From Gemmatimonadota bacterium (GTDB taxonomy: Bacteria; Gemmatimonadota; Gemmatimonadetes; Palauibacterales; Palauibacteraceae): 64,000 nucleotides of DNA. A program made the translations under genes and the position numbers. This document shows, one piece after another, positions 1 to 8,506 of this stretch. The notes under the pieces were generated by a model. That model saw only the letters and a list, made by a program, of their open reading frames with translations, was not told where the DNA came from and made no database searches. Within the stretch, counting starts at the first letter, position 1. The number at the start of each line of letters is the position of its first letter. The stretch is taken from contig OZ220691.1 in NCBI GenBank assembly GCA_965116475.1, forward strand, positions 2,368,001 to 2,432,000. Reading direction: 5' to 3'.

Positions 1-1
1 G

Positions 2-46
2 ATCGAACGGACGACGTGGGCGAATCTCGTGCGGCTCGTGCCCTGA
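2..46 (+). CDS. 3' end of a gene entering the window (IERTTWANLVRLVP*), product unknown
   Basis: Short open frame with GC-rich third positions ending at TGA 44-46, convergent with the next gene. Confidence 0.35.
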   Translation: MERTTWANLVRLVP

Positions 47-74
47 GCCGCACGAGGCCGGCCGGGAGGAGCCG

Positions 75-863
75 CTAGTAGCGGTCCCTGAGCGTGATCG
101 CGATCGCACCCACGAAGCCGTCTCCGCCGTAGCGGGCGGACGCCTCGGTCCGGGTCAGAATCTCGATTCGGCTCACTTCATCGATCGACAGGTCGCGGAT
201 CGCCCCGATCGCGTCGGCTTCCCGCCGCTCGTTGATCCTCAGCTGGATCGACTGCATCGAGCCGGCGCGGGCACTCGACGTCGCGGACATGAGGAGGATC
301 ACCTCCCCCACCCCGCTCAGGCGCTCGAACCGCAGAAGCTGGTGCCGCCGCAGCAGGTCGTACACGCTCATTTCGGGCAGGGTAAGCAGATCGTCGGCGC
401 GAATGATCTCGGAGCTGAACGCCCGCCCGGATCCTCCGCTGCCCCCTCCGGCGAGCGATCCGATCTCCTCCCGCAGGTCGGCTTCGCCGGTCAGCGAGAT
501 GAACAGATCCTGCTGGGCAAGCGGCGCGGCCGTCGCGTAGGGGACGGCCTCGCCGCGCCGGTCGCCGAGGAGGGCCCGCAGCGAGACCTCCATGTCCTTC
601 GGCAGCCCGCACATGATGTAGAGGCCTTCCAGGTTGGTCTGGACTTCGATGCGCTGCCTGGCATTGTCCTGCACCCAGCTGGCGGCGACGGTTGCGCCGG
701 GAACGATGGTCTGCGCCTCGGGATCCGTCAGGTAGCCCACGACGGCCGCTTGCGTCGCTTCGTCACCGCCGGGGCAGAAGTCTATGAACGACTGGGCCGC
801 CGCCGGGTTCGCGACGACCAGAAACAGGACAGGCACCGCAAGGCGCACGTACGAATGCCGCAT
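75..863 (-). CDS. Secreted protein with carboxypeptidase-regulatory-like domain and C-terminal TonB-plug-like domain, no barrel
   Basis: Start trimmed to MRHSYVRL (ATG 863) after a GAGGAGAG SD; signal peptide; VPGATVAASW..TNLEGLY module; C-terminal IDEVSRIEIL..ASARYG..GAIAIT plug signature. Confidence 0.7.
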   Translation of the reverse strand: MRHSYVRLAVPVLFLVVANPAAAQSFIDFCPGGDEATQAAVVGYLTDPEAQTIVPGATVAASWVQDNARQRIEVQTNLEGLYIMCGLPKDMEVSLRALLGDRRGEAVPYATAAPLAQQDLFISLTGEADLREEIGSLAGGGSGGSGRAFSSEIIRADDLLTLPEMSVYDLLRRHQLLRFERLSGVGEVILLMSATSSARAGSMQSIQLRINERREADAIGAIRDLSIDEVSRIEILTRTEASARYGGDGFVGAIAITLRDRY

Positions 864-961
864 ATCGATCCTCTCTCCTCTCGGTTGTATACTCTCGGGC
901 AAACTCGCCCATACCCCGCAAGGTGCCCCAGGTGCCGCCCGGAGCGCTACGGAGGAATCAA

Positions 962-2335
962 CTGAGCAAGATCGACAGACGGGATTTCGTGCGTCGCGCC
1001 GGACGCTGGGCCGGGACCGCCGCGCTCGCACCTTCGCTCGCGGGTCTGGCCGCGCGCGCCGGACCCGCGGCCGCGTCCACGCTCCGGACGGCTCGCGGAT
1101 CCGCCGGATACGGACCCCTGCGCCCCGCGGGTCCGGAACTCGCCCTCCCCGAGGGGTTTTCCTACGTCATCCTCAGCGTGGAGGGCCGTCTGATGTCCGA
1201 TGGCCGCCCTACGCCCCGGGCCCACGACGGCATGGGACTCTTTCCGGTCGGCGACGATGTCGTCCGCCTCGTGCGAAACCACGAAGATCAGGACCCACCC
1301 GGTGTCGCGGTCCCGCTGGTGTCCCCGGAACTGGCGTACGACCCCCTCGCGGGCGGCGGCACGACGACCCTGGAGGTCCGGATCGAGGCCGACGGGCGTC
1401 CGGTCCTCGTGCGCGACTTCGTGAGCGCGGGGGGGACGATGATCAACTGCGCGGGGGGGACGACCCCGTGGCGCAGTTGGCTGACGTGCGAGGAAACGAC
1501 CTTCGGGCCGGGGCGCGGCTGGACCGCGCCCCACGGGTACGTGTTCGAGGTCCCCGCCGACGCGGACGAACCGGTCCGGGCCGAGCCGATACGGGAGATG
1601 GGACGGTTCACGCACGAGGCGGTCGCGGTGGATCCCACGACGGGGTTCGTCTACGAGACGGAAGACTACAACCGCCGCTCCGGGTTCTATCGCTTTCGGC
1701 CTCAGACGCCCGGCGTTCTCCGGGATGGGGGCGCTTTGGAGATGCTCGCCGTGCGGGGGGCGCCGCAGGTCGATCTCCGCACCGGCCAGCGGCCGGGGGT
1801 ATGGCGCGAGGTCGAATGGGTGCCGATCGAGAACCCCGATCCCCCCGAAGCCGAGCGCAACGCGACCACGGTGTGGATGGAGGGGTTCGAGGCGGGCGGG
1901 GCCCGATTCTCCCGGCTTGAGGGCTGCTGGCACGCGGACCGGAGCATCTATTTCCACGCGACGAACGGGGGGGATGCCCAGCTTGGCCAGGTCTGGCGGT
2001 ATGTACCGGACGAAGAGGCGCTCGCGCTCGTCTTCGAGTCGCCGTCGGAGGAGGTGCTCTCGGGGCCGGACAACATCACGGTGAGTCCGCGGGGCGGGAT
2101 CCTCATCTGCGAGGACAACTCGGGCGAGACGCACCTCCGGGGACTGTCGCCGGCGGGGGAGGTCTTCCCCTTCGCCCGGAATCTCCTGAACTCGCGCGAG
2201 TTCGCCGGCGCCTGTTTCAGTCCCGATGGCCGGACGCTGTTCATCAACCTCCAGGGAGACACGATTTCCATGGGGCCCGGGAATCTCGGTCAGACGCTCG
2301 CCATTTGGGGACCTTGGGAGCGCGGGCCGCTCTGA
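962..2335 (+). CDS. phoX: PhoX/DUF839 family alkaline phosphatase, Tat-exported
   Basis: DRRDFV twin-arginine signal; HDGM, RNHE, NCAGG.TPW..WLTCEE, GRFTHEA, PDNITV motifs; start either CTG 962 (GGAGG at 951-955) or GTG 923. Confidence 0.85.
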   Translation: MSKIDRRDFVRRAGRWAGTAALAPSLAGLAARAGPAAASTLRTARGSAGYGPLRPAGPELALPEGFSYVILSVEGRLMSDGRPTPRAHDGMGLFPVGDDVVRLVRNHEDQDPPGVAVPLVSPELAYDPLAGGGTTTLEVRIEADGRPVLVRDFVSAGGTMINCAGGTTPWRSWLTCEETTFGPGRGWTAPHGYVFEVPADADEPVRAEPIREMGRFTHEAVAVDPTTGFVYETEDYNRRSGFYRFRPQTPGVLRDGGALEMLAVRGAPQVDLRTGQRPGVWREVEWVPIENPDPPEAERNATTVWMEGFEAGGARFSRLEGCWHADRSIYFHATNGGDAQLGQVWRYVPDEEALALVFESPSEEVLSGPDNITVSPRGGILICEDNSGETHLRGLSPAGEVFPFARNLLNSREFAGACFSPDGRTLFINLQGDTISMGPGNLGQTLAIWGPWERGPL

Positions 2336-3009
2336 GCCGGCGCGGGGCCGCTCCGAGCCGGCGAGGGGCCGCGTTCGGCGTGGCGCTCGCCGCCGCGCTC
2401 TCCGGCCAGGCCTGCGTGTGGTCCGTGCCGCTCGCGACGACGCCATCCGCCGACCCGCCGCTCTACGCCGACCCGTCGCTCTACGCCGTCGGCTGGACGG
2501 AGACCGGGATCGCCTCGTGGTACGGGGAGCCGTTTCACGGTCGGAACACGGCGGCCGGGGACACCTACGACATGAATGCCATGTCCGCCGCCCACCGGAC
2601 GATCCCCTTCGGGACCCGGATCCGCGTGAACAACCTCGACAACGGGCGCTCCATCGAACTCGATGTGAACGATCGCGGGCCCTTCGTGCCCGGTCGCATC
2701 CTGGACCTGTCCCGCGGGGCGGCGAGCGATCTCGACATGATCGGGCCCGGTACGGCGCGCGTGCGGATCACCGTCATCGGAGCGGCGACCCCCGTCTCCG
2801 CGCGCGGCGGATGCGTCGTGGTCCAGGTCGCCGCCTATCGGGAGCGCCGGAACGCCGAGGCGAAGCGGCAGGAGGTCGCGCGGGCGGGGTTCGAGGCTTC
2901 GATCGAACCGTACCGGGACATGTACCGCGTCCTGGCCGGCCCCTTCGCCGCCGAGCCCGCGGCCGTCCGCGCGCGCGACACGCTGGGCGGGTTCATGCGC
3001 CGCTGCTGA
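2332..3009 (+). CDS. rlpA: RlpA-family lytic transglycosylase lipoprotein with SPOR domain
   Basis: GIASWYG..FHG..TA.G, AAHRT.PFGT, VNDRGPF..GRILDLS; C-terminal VQVAAY..YRVLAGPF SPOR; start uncertain (TTG 2305, TTG 2314 or CTG 2332). Confidence 0.9.
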   Translation: MSRRGAAPSRRGAAFGVALAAALSGQACVWSVPLATTPSADPPLYADPSLYAVGWTETGIASWYGEPFHGRNTAAGDTYDMNAMSAAHRTIPFGTRIRVNNLDNGRSIELDVNDRGPFVPGRILDLSRGAASDLDMIGPGTARVRITVIGAATPVSARGGCVVVQVAAYRERRNAEAKRQEVARAGFEASIEPYRDMYRVLAGPFAAEPAAVRARDTLGGFMRRC

Positions 3010-3070
3010 CGGTCACGGCGGAGGTCGACCGCCGGCCGGTCCGTGACCTCACCCGCGCTTGAGTCGTGCT

Positions 3071-3221
3071 AGACCGTACGAGCTGGAGCGGATAGCGAAG
3101 GTCGGGTGCCTCGGGTAGCTTTCGGCACCCCCTGACTGCTTGCCGTCCGCGATGCGGCACGGCCCCCCGGGGTCCAGGAACCCGGGAGGGCCGAAAGCAG
3201 CGGTCTCCTGGTGGAGGATGT
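3071..3221 (+). promoter_or_regulatory. Candidate structured cis-regulatory 5' leader of the Omp85-family gene
   Basis: Several complementary stems (GGGTGCC/GGCACCC, CTGCTT/AAGCAG, GGCCC/GGGCC, AGACCG/CGGTCT) and an SD-sequestering TCTCC/GGAGG hairpin. Confidence 0.4.
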
Positions 3222-6200
3222 ATGCTTCGCAGAACTCATGCGCTCTTCGCGCTCGCCGCCCTCGCGGTCTTCTCGGGTCCCGCCGCCGCCGCGCTGGAGG
3301 GGCAGGCCGGCCGGTATTTCGGCCGGAACAAGGTGGTCTACGAATCCTTCGATTTCGAGGTGCTCAAGACGCAGCACTTCGACATCTACTACTACGAGGA
3401 GAGCGCCGTCGGCGCGCAGATGGTCGGCCGCCTGGCCGAACGCTGGTACGCCCGGCTCTCCCGGGTGCTCAATCACGAGTTCCGCGATCGCCAGCCGATC
3501 ATCCTCTACGCCGACCATCCGGATTTCGAGCAGACGAACACCTCCGGACAGTTCATCGACGAAGGCACACAGGGCTTCACGGAGATTCTGAAGCGGCGGC
3601 TCGTGATGCCGATGATGGTGTCGCTCCACGAGACCGATCACCTGCTCGGCCACGAACTCGTGCACGCCTTCCAGTTCGACATGACGGGGCAGGGGACGGG
3701 AGGCCCCGGACTGGACGTGCCCGGCGCCATCCGGCTCCCGCTGTGGTTCATCGAAGGCATGGCCGAGTATCTCTCGATCGGACCCATCGACCCGTTCACG
3801 ACGATGTGGATGCGGGACGCCCTGGACCTGGAGGATGGGTTCCCGACGATCCCGGAACTCGCCGATCGGCGGTACTTCCCCTACCGGTACGGCCACGCGT
3901 TCTGGTCCTACATCGGCGGCGCGTTCGGGGACGATCGGATCGGCCGGATTCTCAACCTCGCCGCGCGCACGGGGAATGCGCTGGCGGCGATCGAAGCCGT
4001 CCTCGAGGTGCCGATCGGAGAGCTTTCGGACCGCTGGAAGAGCGAACTCGAGACCTATTTCGCCGACGCGCGGCAGGAGACCCGCTCGCCCGACGACTAC
4101 GGGCGCCGCGTCGTCTACGAGCCGCCCGATGAGGGGAAGCTCCACCTCGGCCCGGCCCTGAGTCCCAATGGCCTGGACATGGTCTACGTCTCGCAGAGCG
4201 ACCTCTTTTCCATCGAGATGTTCGGGGCCGACGCGCGCACCGGAGAAGTGAAGCGCCGCCTCACGAACAACGCGGTCGACCCGCACTTCGAGAGCCTCCA
4301 GTTCATCCACTCGGCGGGGGACTGGCACCCGAACGGCCAGCTGTTCGCCGTCGCCGGGATCAAGACGGGCAATCCGCTGCTCACGATCATGGAGGCCGAG
4401 AGCGGCAGCATCGTCAACGAGATTCCGGTCGAGGGCTTTCAGCTCGGCGCGATCTTCACGCCGAGCTGGTCGCCGGACGGATCGCACATCGCGTTCAGCG
4501 GCCACTCCGCCGGGTTTACGGACCTGTACGTGATCAACGTCGAGACTGGGCAACTGAGGCGGCTGACGGAGGACCCGTATGCCGACCTGCAGCCGGCATG
4601 GTCGCCCGATGGGCGGTCGCTGGCCTTCGCGACGGACCGCTTCACGACCGATCTGGAGCTGCTCGTCCCGGGGACCTATCAGATCGCGCTGCTGGACCTG
4701 GAAAACGGCGAGATCGAGCCGCTGCCGGGCTTTGACGATCAGTTCCGCAACTACAATCCACAGTGGTCGCCGGACGGGGGAAGCCTGTACTTCGTGTCGG
4801 ACCACGACGGGATCGCCAACCTCTACCGGCTCGACCTCGAGACGCGAGAGCGGTACCTGGTCACCGACCTGTGGACCGGCGTGAGCGGGCTGACGGCCAT
4901 CAGCCCGGCCGTGTCCGTGGCGCGCGCCACGGGCGATGTCGCGTTCAGCGTGAACAAGGGCGGGCCGTTCAGCTACGAGATCTACGTGATCGACGACCCG
5001 GATGTCCTGGCCGGGGAGCCGGCGCCCGAGATGCTCGTGGGCGTCGACGCCTCGATCATCCCGCCGCGGGAACGGCTGTCGACCGCGCACGCGGAACTGC
5101 TCGCCAACGCCCGCCTCGGCCTCGCCGACACGATCACCTTCGAGGACGCCGAGTTCCGGTCCCCGCTATCCCTCGATTTCATCTCTCAGCCCACGATCGC
5201 CTTCGGCGCGAGCGACTTCGGGGTCTTCTTCGCGGGCGGCGCGGCACTGTTCTTCTCGGACCTGCTCGGCAACCGCACGCTCCAGACCATCCTCCAGGTC
5301 AACACGACCTTCGGGGATCTGCTCCAGGGCACGGCGGCCCTCGCGGGCTACGAGAACCGGTCCAGCCGCTGGAACTGGGCCTTCATCGGGGGGCAGGTGC
5401 CGTTCGTCACCCGCCAGATCGGGTTCCAGCAGGTCGAGGTCGGGGGCAGGCCCGTGAGCGTCTTTCGGGACTTCCGCTGGTTCGAGATCAACCGGGAGCT
5501 GACCGGGATCGTCGCCTATCCCTTCAACCGGAACTCGCGGGTCGAGTTCTCCGCCTCGGCGCGCCAGATCGACTTTTCCGGCGAGATCGAGGAAATCGCC
5601 GTCGACTTCTTCACGGGTCAGCCATTGGCCAACGAAGTGACGGATCTGCACGATTGCGAGGGGGATACGGTGCAGTTCGGAAGTCAGCCCTGCGCCTTTG
5701 CGTCGCTGTACACGGCGAGCGCAAGCGCCGCCCTCGTATACGACAGCTCGATCTTCGGCGGCACGAGCCCGATCGCCGGGCAGCGCTACCGTCTGGAGGT
5801 GGAGCCGGCCGCCGGAACGCTGAACTTCCTGACGGTGACGGGCGATGTCCGCCGATACGTCCGCGCCGGGCCGTTCACCGTGGCCGGACGGGCCCTCCAC
5901 TTCGGCCGTTGGGGGGGCGGTGCGGACGACCCGCGCCTGGGCCGGCTCTATCTCGGGGTGCCATCCCTCGTTCGCGGGTACGACAACCGGTCCATCGATG
6001 TCGCCGAGTGCACGGTCGCGGGCCAGGCCGCGTTCTTCAGTTGTCCCCTCATCGGGAACCTCATCGGCAACCGCGTGGCGGTAGGCAACCTGGAACTGCG
6101 GCTCCCCCTCCTGGGCGGGATCGGGGTGGTCCGGGCTCCGGGCGTACCGCCGGTCGAAGTCGGCCTCTTCTATGACATGGGCAAGGCGTGGTCGGGCGAG

Positions 6201-6383
6201 ACGCCCCAGAACTGCCCGGAGGGAAACTGCTCCTTCGCCGACCGGACCTGGGTGTCGAGCGCCGGCTTCCTGACCAGGGTCAACGTCTTCGGCCTCATGA
6301 TCGCGGAACTCAATTTCGTCCGGCCCTTCGATCGTCCCGGCAAGGGCTGGATCTGGCAGTTCAATCTGACGCCCGGCTTCTAA
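3222..6383 (+). CDS. Omp85 (BamA/TamA)-family outer-membrane protein with N-terminal HExxH metallopeptidase-like domain and TolB-like beta-propeller
   Basis: Signal peptide; HELVH..WFIEGMAEY zincin motif; repeated P.WSPDG (PD40) units; VRGY Omp85 motif; C-terminal Phe (FNLTPGF). Confidence 0.8.
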   Translation: MLRRTHALFALAALAVFSGPAAAALEGQAGRYFGRNKVVYESFDFEVLKTQHFDIYYYEESAVGAQMVGRLAERWYARLSRVLNHEFRDRQPIILYADHPDFEQTNTSGQFIDEGTQGFTEILKRRLVMPMMVSLHETDHLLGHELVHAFQFDMTGQGTGGPGLDVPGAIRLPLWFIEGMAEYLSIGPIDPFTTMWMRDALDLEDGFPTIPELADRRYFPYRYGHAFWSYIGGAFGDDRIGRILNLAARTGNALAAIEAVLEVPIGELSDRWKSELETYFADARQETRSPDDYGRRVVYEPPDEGKLHLGPALSPNGLDMVYVSQSDLFSIEMFGADARTGEVKRRLTNNAVDPHFESLQFIHSAGDWHPNGQLFAVAGIKTGNPLLTIMEAESGSIVNEIPVEGFQLGAIFTPSWSPDGSHIAFSGHSAGFTDLYVINVETGQLRRLTEDPYADLQPAWSPDGRSLAFATDRFTTDLELLVPGTYQIALLDLENGEIEPLPGFDDQFRNYNPQWSPDGGSLYFVSDHDGIANLYRLDLETRERYLVTDLWTGVSGLTAISPAVSVARATGDVAFSVNKGGPFSYEIYVIDDPDVLAGEPAPEMLVGVDASIIPPRERLSTAHAELLANARLGLADTITFEDAEFRSPLSLDFISQPTIAFGASDFGVFFAGGAALFFSDLLGNRTLQTILQVNTTFGDLLQGTAALAGYENRSSRWNWAFIGGQVPFVTRQIGFQQVEVGGRPVSVFRDFRWFEINRELTGIVAYPFNRNSRVEFSASARQIDFSGEIEEIAVDFFTGQPLANEVTDLHDCEGDTVQFGSQPCAFASLYTASASAALVYDSSIFGGTSPIAGQRYRLEVEPAAGTLNFLTVTGDVRRYVRAGPFTVAGRALHFGRWGGGADDPRLGRLYLGVPSLVRGYDNRSIDVAECTVAGQAAFFSCPLIGNLIGNRVAVGNLELRLPLLGGIGVVRAPGVPPVEVGLFYDMGKAWSGETPQNCPEGNCSFADRTWVSSAGFLTRVNVFGLMIAELNFVRPFDRPGKGWIWQFNLTPGF

Positions 6384-6414
6384 CGGCGCGGGGGGCGGCT
6401 GCGGACGGCGATCG

Positions 6415-6765
6415 ATGGGCCTGATCCGGAACTGGCTGATCAACGCGGCGGCGCTGTACGCGACGGCGCGGCTCCTTGCCGGCGTTCGGGTCGACAGCCC
6501 GGAAGCGCTCATCGGAGGGGCGCTCGTGATCGGTCTCATCAACGCGACCGTCCGGCCGATCCTGCGCTTCGTGACCTTCCCGGTCACGGTCCTGACGCTG
6601 GGACTGTTCTACTTCGTCCTCAACGGCCTGATGTTCCAGCTGGCGGCGTCACTGATCCCGGGGTTCGAACTCGACAGCCTCGTCTGGGCGGTCGGCGGCG
6701 CGCTCGTCATGTCGATCGTCGCAACCGGGCTGCACGTCTTCCTCAAACCGCGGAGGAAGAAGTAG
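6415..6765 (+). CDS. YvlD/DUF360 (phage holin family 4-like) membrane protein
   Basis: Four hydrophobic helices; GLINATVRPIL..TFPVTVLTLGLF..VLN signature. Confidence 0.85.
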   Translation: MGLIRNWLINAAALYATARLLAGVRVDSPEALIGGALVIGLINATVRPILRFVTFPVTVLTLGLFYFVLNGLMFQLAASLIPGFELDSLVWAVGGALVMSIVATGLHVFLKPRRKK

Positions 6766-7362
6766 TCAGGCGTAGTAGGGATTGCTGCCCGCGGCGTGGT
6801 CGGTCACGTCCTGCACGTCGACGATCTCGGGGGCCGCGTCCCGGATCATCTGCTTGATCCCCTGCGTGAGCGTCACGGAGGCCATGCCGCAGCCCTGGCA
6901 GCCACCCCCCATCGTCACGTAGACGACGTTGTCGCGGATGTCGACGAGGCGCACGGTCCCGCCATGCGAAGCGACCCCCGGGTTGATCTGCTCGTCGATG
7001 ACGCGCTGCACACGGTCGACGAGAGGCCCGTCCAGCGGCGCGGAGCCGAGCGGCTGGACGTTGGGGTTGTTGAAGTGAAAGCCCGAGCCCTGGAGCGACT
7101 CCACCCAGTCGATGCGGGTTCCGGAAAGGATGTCCGCGCTCTTCGCATCGACGACGACCTCGAAGCCGGGGGCGTCGAACGACTGGTCCTCGGCTTCCCG
7201 CTCGAAGGGTTCGATGAGGGCCATCTCGTATTCCGGCGCGATGGGGCTCGCGTTCTGGACGCTGACGCGTACCGCGAGACCTTCCGCGGGGTCCTCGTCG
7301 ATGAACGTTCGGATTCGCTCGCTGGCGGCGTCGGTGAACGTCAAGAGGTCGTGGTCGGACAT
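6766..7362 (-). CDS. nfuA: Fe-S cluster carrier NfuA
   Basis: Start MSDHDLL (ATG 7362); degenerate A-type domain (GFHFNNPN) plus NifU domain INPGVASHGG..GGGCQGC..DVTDH. Confidence 0.9.
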   Translation of the reverse strand: MSDHDLLTFTDAASERIRTFIDEDPAEGLAVRVSVQNASPIAPEYEMALIEPFEREAEDQSFDAPGFEVVVDAKSADILSGTRIDWVESLQGSGFHFNNPNVQPLGSAPLDGPLVDRVQRVIDEQINPGVASHGGTVRLVDIRDNVVYVTMGGGCQGCGMASVTLTQGIKQMIRDAAPEIVDVQDVTDHAAGSNPYYA

Positions 7363-7961
7363 GTCTTTTGCTCCCTGGCGGTCACCGCCGCCCTGAGGTC
7401 GCTCGCCGTGTAGAGGACCATGGTCCGCAGCCCCGCCCCCTCGAGCGTGGCTCTTCCCCCCTCCTCGCGGTCCACGAGGCCGAGCACGCCGAGCACCTCG
7501 CCGCGGGCGCGATTCACCGCCTCGACCGCCTGGAAGGCGGACCCGCCGGTCGTGATCACGTCCTCGACGACGACGACCCGCGCGCCGGGCTCGAAGCAGC
7601 CCTCGATCAATTGTCCCTTGCCGTGGCGCTTGGCGCGCTTGCGAACCGAGAACGCGTGGACCGGATCCCCGCCGCGCCAACTGGCGGCGGCGATGGCGTA
7701 GGCCAGCGGATCCGCGCCCATCGTGAGACCGCCGACCGCATCCGGCCGGAGTCCGGCGTCACGGAGGGCCGCGAGACCGACCTCGCCCATCAGCACCTGT
7801 CCGTGCGCGTGCATGGTCGAGGTCCGGCAGTCGATGTAGTAATCGCTCCGGGCGCCCGACGCGAGCACGAAGTCCCCGAGCCGGAACGAGCGCTCGGCGA
7901 GCAGGTTCAGAAGTCTCGAATGTGCGGAACTCAGCGGAACCTCCTGGTGTCGGGTCGCCAT
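7341..7961 (-). CDS. pyrE: Orotate phosphoribosyltransferase
   Basis: GDFVLASG..SDYYIDC, VRKRAKRHG, VVVEDVITTGGS PRPP motif; alternative start CTG 7934. Confidence 0.95.
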   Translation of the reverse strand: MATRHQEVPLSSAHSRLLNLLAERSFRLGDFVLASGARSDYYIDCRTSTMHAHGQVLMGEVGLAALRDAGLRPDAVGGLTMGADPLAYAIAAASWRGGDPVHAFSVRKRAKRHGKGQLIEGCFEPGARVVVVEDVITTGGSAFQAVEAVNRARGEVLGVLGLVDREEGGRATLEGAGLRTMVLYTASDLRAAVTAREQKTCPTTTS

Positions 7962-8470
7962 CAGCTGACCTGTCGAATCGCCTGGCCGGATTCGGCGTCG
8001 CAGCGGGCGCAGAACCCGTACAGCTTGAGTTGACGCTTCAGTACATGGAAGCCGAACTGCGCGGCGACCTCCGTCTGCAGCCGGTTGAGTTCATCGCGCT
8101 GGAACATGACCACATCGCCGCACCCCGTGCAGATCAGGTGATCCTGCTGCTCGTGGCCGACCTTCGCCTCGTATCGCTTGAATCCCTCGTCGAAGTCGTG
8201 CTCCGTGGCGAGGCCGACGCGCACCAGGAGGCCGAGGGTCCGGTAGACCGTGGCCTTGCCCGCTCGTTCGCCGTCTTCCCGCAGCCGTTCCACCACCTCG
8301 TCCGCCGACAGCCGCTGCCCGGACTCGAACAGGACGCGGGAGATCGCTTCCCGCTGATGAGTGACGGGCAGATGATGCTCCTGCAGCGCGGCCCGGAAGA
8401 GGCCGAGCATCACGGCGGCGCAGCCGAGAGGCGGTCGGGGAGTGAGCGTGTCCGTGGTCATCGTGTTCAT
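7961..8470 (-). CDS. Fur-family transcriptional regulator with degenerate metal sites
   Basis: ATVYRTL helix, DHLICTGCG, LYGFCARC. Confidence 0.85.
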   Translation of the reverse strand: MNTMTTDTLTPRPPLGCAAVMLGLFRAALQEHHLPVTHQREAISRVLFESGQRLSADEVVERLREDGERAGKATVYRTLGLLVRVGLATEHDFDEGFKRYEAKVGHEQQDHLICTGCGDVVMFQRDELNRLQTEVAAQFGFHVLKRQLKLYGFCARCDAESGQAIRQVS

Positions 8471-8506
8471 CGTGTTCTCAACGCGCTGAGAAGATAAGCG
8501 CGCTCG

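Noticed and set aside
3172..3202. Resemblance to SRP RNA helix 8 (CAGG..CCC GGGA GGG..AGCAG) and to the guanidine-I 3' motif
   Set aside because: Spacing breaks the symmetric SRP loop, the long flanking helix is absent, and the guanidine-I 5' core is missing
6415..6765. Holin as evidence of a prophage
   Set aside because: The YvlD/DUF360 family is commonly chromosomal, and there are no phage genes nearby
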